NCBI GenBank assembly: GCA_965223665.1
Contig: OZ245011.1
Coordinates: forward strand, 2,688,001 to 2,752,000
Length of the DNA stretch: 64,000 nucleotides
Reading direction: 5' to 3'
From: Nitrospinaceae bacterium
Lineage (GTDB): Bacteria > Nitrospinota > Nitrospinia > Nitrospinales > Nitrospinaceae
The notes under the pieces are model-generated. The model made no database searches. It was not told where the DNA came from and saw only the letters and a program-made list of their open reading frames with translations. A program made the position numbers and the translations under genes. Positions 58,876 to 64,000 of the stretch are shown here, piece by piece. How positions within the stretch are numbered: position 1 is the stretch's first letter; the number at the start of each line of letters is the position of its first letter.

Positions 58876-60168
58876 ATGATTTGGATTTATAAAATTCTTT
58901 CATCTGTTGCGGCCGTTTTCGTTCTTCCCGGATATGCATTGTATATTTGGATCACAAAAAAAAAGACTAGAAACTTAAAAAGCCACTTTGGACTTGTAAA
59001 GAAAATTAACAAATCCCCAGATCAAAAAACACTTTGGGTTTATGCACTTTCTTTTGGCGAAGTAAATGCCGTTATTCCCGTATTAAAAAGACTTCACCAT
59101 GAACATCCTAATATTGTTTTTGTGATAACCGTCACAACTGAATCAGGATACGATAGGGCTCATGAAAAACTTTCTTTTGCTCAAAAAATTGTTTTTCATC
59201 CACTAGATTGCTGGCCTTTCTTAAATTCATTTGTTGAAAAAATAAAACCAGATCTTTTTATCCTTGTGGACACAGGGTTTTGGCCAGGATTGCTACTAAC
59301 ACTAAAGGAGGCTGGAATTCCAAAAATTTTGTTGAACGGTAGAATGTCTAGTCGGTCATTTCGAAAATTTCAAAAATTAGAGAATTTAGTCCGCCCATTG
59401 TTTCAATCATTCGATGATATTTTTATGCAAAATAATTACGGCATTGAAGCGATGAAATCCTTAGGGGTAGATCCAAAAAAAATCCAATTAATGGGTGACA
59501 CCAAGCTAGATAGTTTGACTACAGAATCTGAACTAGAACGAATTCGTTTTCGCGAGGAGCTTAAAATCACAGCAAGCCACAAAGTTTGGGTCGTTGGAAG
59601 TACTCACTCAGGAGAAGAAGAAATTATTTTAAATGCATTTCAACGACTCAAAAAACTTCACCCTGATCTAATATTAATTTTAGCGCCCAGGAGACTCGAA
59701 AGAATTCCCATTTTAGAAGGAATCATAAAAGAGCATTCACTTAATTTCATTTTAAGAACCCAATTGAGTAAAAGCTCTACTCATGTAAAAAGTATTATCT
59801 TGATCGATACTCAAGGTGAACTTTCTAAAATTTATTCTGTTGGAGATATTGCGTTTGTGGGAAACAGTCTTATTTTCCCTGGGGGCGGGCATAGTTTAAT
59901 GGAACCTGTCGCCCAAGGAATAAGCGTTCTTCATGGACCTTACATTGAAAACGTTCAGCATACTTCCAAAAAATTACAAGAATTAGGAATTGCTCAAGAA
60001 GTCAGAAATTCTGAAGATATAGAAAAAAAAATCGATGATCTTTTAAAAAATCCTTTTCAAAAAAATCAAATTCATACCCAGGCTTTAGCCCATTTCGAAA
60101 CCCAAAAAGGGACCTCAGATAAAATAGCTAAGTCCATAATTAAATATTTGGATTTAAAAAATAATTAA
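58876..60168 (+). CDS. Kdo transferase-like (GT30), divergent copy 2
   Basis: WVYALSFGE, DTGFWP, NGRMS, GDTKLD, GSTHSGEE, APRRLER, GGHSLMEP. Confidence 0.85.
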   Translation: MIWIYKILSSVAAVFVLPGYALYIWITKKKTRNLKSHFGLVKKINKSPDQKTLWVYALSFGEVNAVIPVLKRLHHEHPNIVFVITVTTESGYDRAHEKLSFAQKIVFHPLDCWPFLNSFVEKIKPDLFILVDTGFWPGLLLTLKEAGIPKILLNGRMSSRSFRKFQKLENLVRPLFQSFDDIFMQNNYGIEAMKSLGVDPKKIQLMGDTKLDSLTTESELERIRFREELKITASHKVWVVGSTHSGEEEIILNAFQRLKKLHPDLILILAPRRLERIPILEGIIKEHSLNFILRTQLSKSSTHVKSIILIDTQGELSKIYSVGDIAFVGNSLIFPGGGHSLMEPVAQGISVLHGPYIENVQHTSKKLQELGIAQEVRNSEDIEKKIDDLLKNPFQKNQIHTQALAHFETQKGTSDKIAKSIIKYLDLKNN

Positions 60169-60222
60169 GCAAAAGAAAAAATCACTTTTTTCCAAAGTTA
60201 TTCAAATCAAGACCAAATTCAA

Positions 60223-61656
60223 TTAAGTTGATTTTGTTTTTAAGGTAAAAACACTAACGACCCAAACAGTGGCCGAGGAAAAAATAAATGCGGGTACAAG
60301 CTCGTAGATAATACTGTCTGACCAACCCATAAGTTTCCAAAAGATTGTCGTAGAAAATCCCATGATCATCCCAGCAACAGCACCTTCACGTGTAATTTTC
60401 TTTGAATACAAGGTATATAAAATAACCGGCCCAAAACTTGCCCCTAATCCTGACCATGCAAATAAAACAAACCAGAAAATAACCTGAGTTTTACCGAGGG
60501 CGATAAGCATCGCTCCAATACCCAGGACTAAAATAGTAATTCGGCTGATAAATATTATCCGATCATGCTTAAGATCTTTTCGAATCATTTTGGAGTAAAC
60601 ATCGTGGGCCACAGCGGAGGCCGCTACAATAATCTGCGCTGAAACAGTGGACATAATTGCTGCTAAAACTCCCGTAAGGACCACAGCAGTTACCAATGGT
60701 GGCAACAATGATTCTGCAGCTTTAGGAAACAAGTGCTCTGGATCTGTTAAATCTGGAAATAAGGCGGTACCGCTAAGCCCTAAAAGAATTGCTGACCCAT
60801 ACATCAGCAATCCCCACCCAAAGGCAATCCATACCCCTTGTTCAATGGTTTTTGTATCCTTTGCGGCCATGTATCGATTCAACACATGAGGTTGACCCGG
60901 GTAACCTAAACCAATTCCCAATAAACCCGCTACCGTACCCCAAAAAGCAGGAATAGTTTTTCCACCCATCCAATCTAAAGTTTCCGGTGAGGTTGTTTGA
61001 ACTTGAGTGATCATATCCCCAAGTCCGCCAAGTTCCACTATTGAAACAATCGATAAGGTAACCAATCCGATTACCATGATTAAACCTTGCACAAAATCAG
61101 TCCAGGCAACTGCGAGAAATCCCCCCATCATTGTATAAACAAGGATGATGGCTCCTCCGATGGGTATACTCCAAAAATGAGAAATTCCAAAGATTGCATC
61201 GAAAGTTTTACCTATAGCTGTAAATTGCGCAGCTACATAAGCCATCATACTGGCAAAAATAATAACAACTGAAATAATCCGTAACAGATGAGAGTTGTCC
61301 TTAAAATGCGTTTCAAAATAATCGGGTAACGTAATAGAGTGGGTTTCATGAGAATGTTTTCGGAGCCTTTCTGCCAGGAAAAACCAATTTAGAGCATACC
61401 CCAGAAGACACCCAGGTAAAAACCAAATTGCGGATAGGCCTTCTTTATAAGCTAGTCCCACGGTACCTAAAACAGCCCAAGCACTTTCCGAACTCGCGGT
61501 CGAGGACACTGCAGTAACCCAGGCTTTTAGGCTCCGATCACCAAGAAAAAATTCTAATGGCGATTTAGTTTTACGAGAGGTAATGAAGCCAATTAGCAAC
61601 ATTCCCAATACATAAATTATAAATACACCGGCAATTATGCCTGATAAATCGGTCAT
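60223..61656 (-). CDS. Sodium:proline (SSS family) symporter, PutP-like
   Basis: FFLGDRSL, GGFLAVAWTDFVQG, GLGYPGQPH..RYMA, AAIMST, AWSGLGASFGP. Confidence 0.9.
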   Translation of the reverse strand: MTDLSGIIAGVFIIYVLGMLLIGFITSRKTKSPLEFFLGDRSLKAWVTAVSSTASSESAWAVLGTVGLAYKEGLSAIWFLPGCLLGYALNWFFLAERLRKHSHETHSITLPDYFETHFKDNSHLLRIISVVIIFASMMAYVAAQFTAIGKTFDAIFGISHFWSIPIGGAIILVYTMMGGFLAVAWTDFVQGLIMVIGLVTLSIVSIVELGGLGDMITQVQTTSPETLDWMGGKTIPAFWGTVAGLLGIGLGYPGQPHVLNRYMAAKDTKTIEQGVWIAFGWGLLMYGSAILLGLSGTALFPDLTDPEHLFPKAAESLLPPLVTAVVLTGVLAAIMSTVSAQIIVAASAVAHDVYSKMIRKDLKHDRIIFISRITILVLGIGAMLIALGKTQVIFWFVLFAWSGLGASFGPVILYTLYSKKITREGAVAGMIMGFSTTIFWKLMGWSDSIIYELVPAFIFSSATVWVVSVFTLKTKST

Positions 61657-61782
61657 AATTTCTTTATTATAGAGGTGGGAATTTTAAGTGTCTATCTGTG
61701 TTCTCGAGATACTCTTAATTTACTCTTGGAAAACCAGGATAAATTTTTTGTAGGCATGAATTGTTATTGAATTTTTTCTTAG

Positions 61783-61823
61783 GAAAATAAAGCAGGCCCT
61801 AACTTGAAAAGCTAGGGCCTGCT
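61783..61823 (-). terminator. Strong rho-independent terminator
   Basis: AGCAGGCCCTA (61791-61801) / TAGGGCCTGCT (61813-61823) followed by TTTATTTT on the minus strand. Confidence 0.75.
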
Positions 61824-61951
61824 CCCTGGGAGAGGGCTTAAGCAAGAAGCTCAAACCACTTACATGAGTTTGACTTACTCTCAATTGTATTTAAATAAAA
61901 GACGAATAAAGTAAATATCAAAAAAATAATAAAAATTAGAAATGGTCCAAA

Positions 61952-62146
61952 TTATTTATGACCTTCATCTTTTTTATCGCCTTTTTTTTCATCTTTGTCA
62001 TCGTCAGAATCATGTTTGTCAGTGCTATCATCTGCTAAAACTAACGTACCAGAAACATTAGAAACATTTTGAGCAAAGGCAGAACCGCTGATTAGTAAAC
62101 AAAAAAGTACGCTAATTAATAGAGCTAAGATCCCTCGTTTCTCCAT
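61952..62146 (-). CDS. Small secreted protein with Asp/Lys-rich tail
   Basis: Signal peptide ending AFA; AGGAG RBS; mature part ~40 aa. Confidence 0.75.
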   Translation of the reverse strand: MEKRGILALLISVLFCLLISGSAFAQNVSNVSGTLVLADDSTDKHDSDDDKDEKKGDKKDEGHK

Positions 62147-62257
62147 GATACATCTCCTAAAAATAAAAATGGTAAGTACGGAAGGCGGGTGCAGTTTTTC
62201 TATAATAACCAGAGCAGACCCATTCCCCCCAAATGAAATGAAATCTCTTGAATAACT

Positions 62258-62273
62258 TGCAAAGGCCAGGCCA
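62258..62273 (-). promoter_or_regulatory. sigma54 (-24/-12) promoter
   Basis: TGGCCTGGCCTTTGCA with exact GG-N10-GC spacing, ~110 bp upstream of the small-protein start. Confidence 0.65.
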
Positions 62274-62721
62274 AAAAAAGAAAAAATTTAAAACTAATTG
62301 AATTTAGCCACTTTAATATTTCTGTTTCTTTAGGTTTTATCGTAATATCGATAATTTCATTATTCAAAGTGTCCAAAAAACTTATAAGGTGTTTAAATTT
62401 GTTTACAGAATCCTAAGGCAAAACAAGTTTTCTATTTAAACTGAATTATTTCTGTAAACACTTGTTCTTTTTTTAGATTAAGAAACTCATTCATCATAAA
62501 TTTCTTAGGACAAAACCAATTTGAATTAACTGTTTAAATAAAAAATCTACAAAATACATTAATCTTTAAACATTTCTTTAAGCCTCAAGTGTAAAATTTT
62601 CAGTTTTTTGCTAGACTGCACCGGGCAATGGAAATAAATATTTTTTTTAATTAATGATCAGTAAATATTCAAAAATTATGTATTTGATGGCTGAATTTTA
62701 GGTAAGGGAGAAATTGCATAA

Positions 62722-64000
62722 ATGAGGGAGTACGATTTTAAAACAATTGAAAATAAGTGGCAGGAAATTTGGCAAAAAGAAAAAACTTTCCAGGTCCAAG
62801 TGGATTCCAATAAGGAAAAATTCTATTTGCTGGAAATGTTTCCCTATCCCTCAGGTCGAATTCATATGGGTCACGTTCGGAATTATACTATTGGTGATTC
62901 TTTGGCTCGCTTTAAAATGATGAAAGGCTTTAATGTACTCCACCCAATTGGCTGGGACGCTTTTGGAATGCCAGCCGAAAATGCTGCTATTCAAAATAAA
63001 TCTCACCCCGCAACCTGGACTCAAGAAAATATCAAAACCATGCGATCCCAAATTCAGCGATTAGGATTCAGTTACGATTGGGACCGGGAAATTGCAACCT
63101 GTAACCCAGATTATTACAAGTGGAATCAATGGTGTTTCCTTAAATTTTTTGAACGCGGACTGGTCTACCGGAAAAATTCTCAAGTCAATTGGTGTGAAAG
63201 TTGTCAAACCGTATTAGCTAATGAACAGGTAATTGAGGGTCTGTGTTGGCGATGCGACAATGAAGTTCTCCAAAAAGAGCAAGAAGGATGGTTTTTCAAA
63301 ATTACTGAATATGCTGATCAACTATTGGATGGATGTAAAGAACTTCAGGGTGGGTGGCCCGATCAGGTTTTAACTATGCAATCTAATTGGATAGGCAAAA
63401 GTTATGGCGCGGAAGTAGACTTTAAAGTTCAAAATAAAGAAGAGACCATAAAGATTTTTACTACACGGCCGGATACTTTATTTGGTTCTACTTTTATGGT
63501 CCTCGCTCCGGAGCATCCTCTCACTCGGAAATTATCCCAAGGTACCCCACAAGAAGCGGCTGTTGATAAATTTATAAAGAAAGTCCAGGCAGAGGATAAA
63601 ATTTCCAGAACAAGTGAAACAGGTGATAAAGAAGGCGTTTTCACAGGAGTCTTTGCGATAAATCCCATGACTGAGGAGACAATTCCAGTTTGGACTGCTA
63701 ATTTTGTATTAATGGATTATGGAACAGGAGCAATCATGTCAGTGCCTGCACACGATCAGCGGGATTTTGATTTTGCAAAAAAATATGATTTACCCATTAA
63801 AATAGTAATTCAACCACCTGATGGAAATCAAAATAGCAATGCTCTTGAATCAGCTTTCACTGGAGAAGGTCCCATGGTAAATTCCTCATCCTTCAATGGG
63901 TTGACGGGTCAGGAAGCTAAAACCAAAGTGTGTGATTACTTAGAAACAAAAAAAATTGGGAAACCCACTATTCAATACCGATTACGGGATTGGGGTGTTT
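62722..64000 (+). CDS. leuS: Leucyl-tRNA synthetase (3'-partial; missing from ORF track)
   Basis: Hand translation MREYDFKTIENKWQ...LEMFPYPSGRIHMGHVRNY (HIGH-like), GWDAFGMPAENAA, FTTRPDT, GTGAIMSVPAHDQRD, ending YRLRDWGV. Confidence 0.96.
   Translation, partial: MREYDFKTIENKWQEIWQKEKTFQVQVDSNKEKFYLLEMFPYPSGRIHMGHVRNYTIGDSLARFKMMKGFNVLHPIGWDAFGMPAENAAIQNKSHPATWTQENIKTMRSQIQRLGFSYDWDREIATCNPDYYKWNQWCFLKFFERGLVYRKNSQVNWCESCQTVLANEQVIEGLCWRCDNEVLQKEQEGWFFKITEYADQLLDGCKELQGGWPDQVLTMQSNWIGKSYGAEVDFKVQNKEETIKIFTTRPDTLFGSTFMVLAPEHPLTRKLSQGTPQEAAVDKFIKKVQAEDKISRTSETGDKEGVFTGVFAINPMTEETIPVWTANFVLMDYGTGAIMSVPAHDQRDFDFAKKYDLPIKIVIQPPDGNQNSNALESAFTGEGPMVNSSSFNGLTGQEAKTKVCDYLETKKIGKPTIQYRLRDWGV

Noticed and set aside
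61657-61790. Possible riboswitch upstream of the putP-like gene
   Set aside because: No known aptamer consensus recognised; the nearby hairpin is better explained as the terminator of the upstream unit.
62851-63668. Minus-strand ORFs at the right end of the window
   Set aside because: Antisense to the partial leuS, which the ORF track missed because it has no stop inside the window.

Overview
Bacterial chromosomal window from an AT-rich host. The gene content and RNA polymerase insertions suggest Nitrospinota or a related deep-branching Gram-negative lineage (inference only). The left ~8.9 kb is accessory: the 3' part of a type I-C CRISPR-Cas locus (partial cas1, cas2, leader, and an array of 78 repeats / 77 spacers, 68 unique by manual count). 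It abuts an intact-looking P4-type tyrosine integrase and a stand-alone arm-DNA-binding-domain paralog just downstream of the tmRNA gene (ssrA), so the CRISPR locus looks like cargo of a tmRNA-integrated island. The rest is core genome: glycosylation, ABC-transport and purD genes; the ribosomal/RNAP supercluster from tRNA-Tyr/Gly/Thr-rpmG-tRNA-Trp-secE-nusG to rplQ (no rpmD, map or second tuf); then an amidohydrolase, a LepB paralog, a PDZ protein, lpxK, two tandem waaA, a putP-like symporter, a small secreted protein with a sigma54-type promoter, and partial leuS. Most notable: two spacers that differ only at synonymous codon positions; an undegenerate terminal repeat fused to an open frame next to the integrase; the arm-domain-only integrase partner; a copy of the RpoC zinc ribbon inside RpoB; and a signal peptidase lacking its catalytic Lys. 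Family assignments come from motif recognition by eye; no searches were run.
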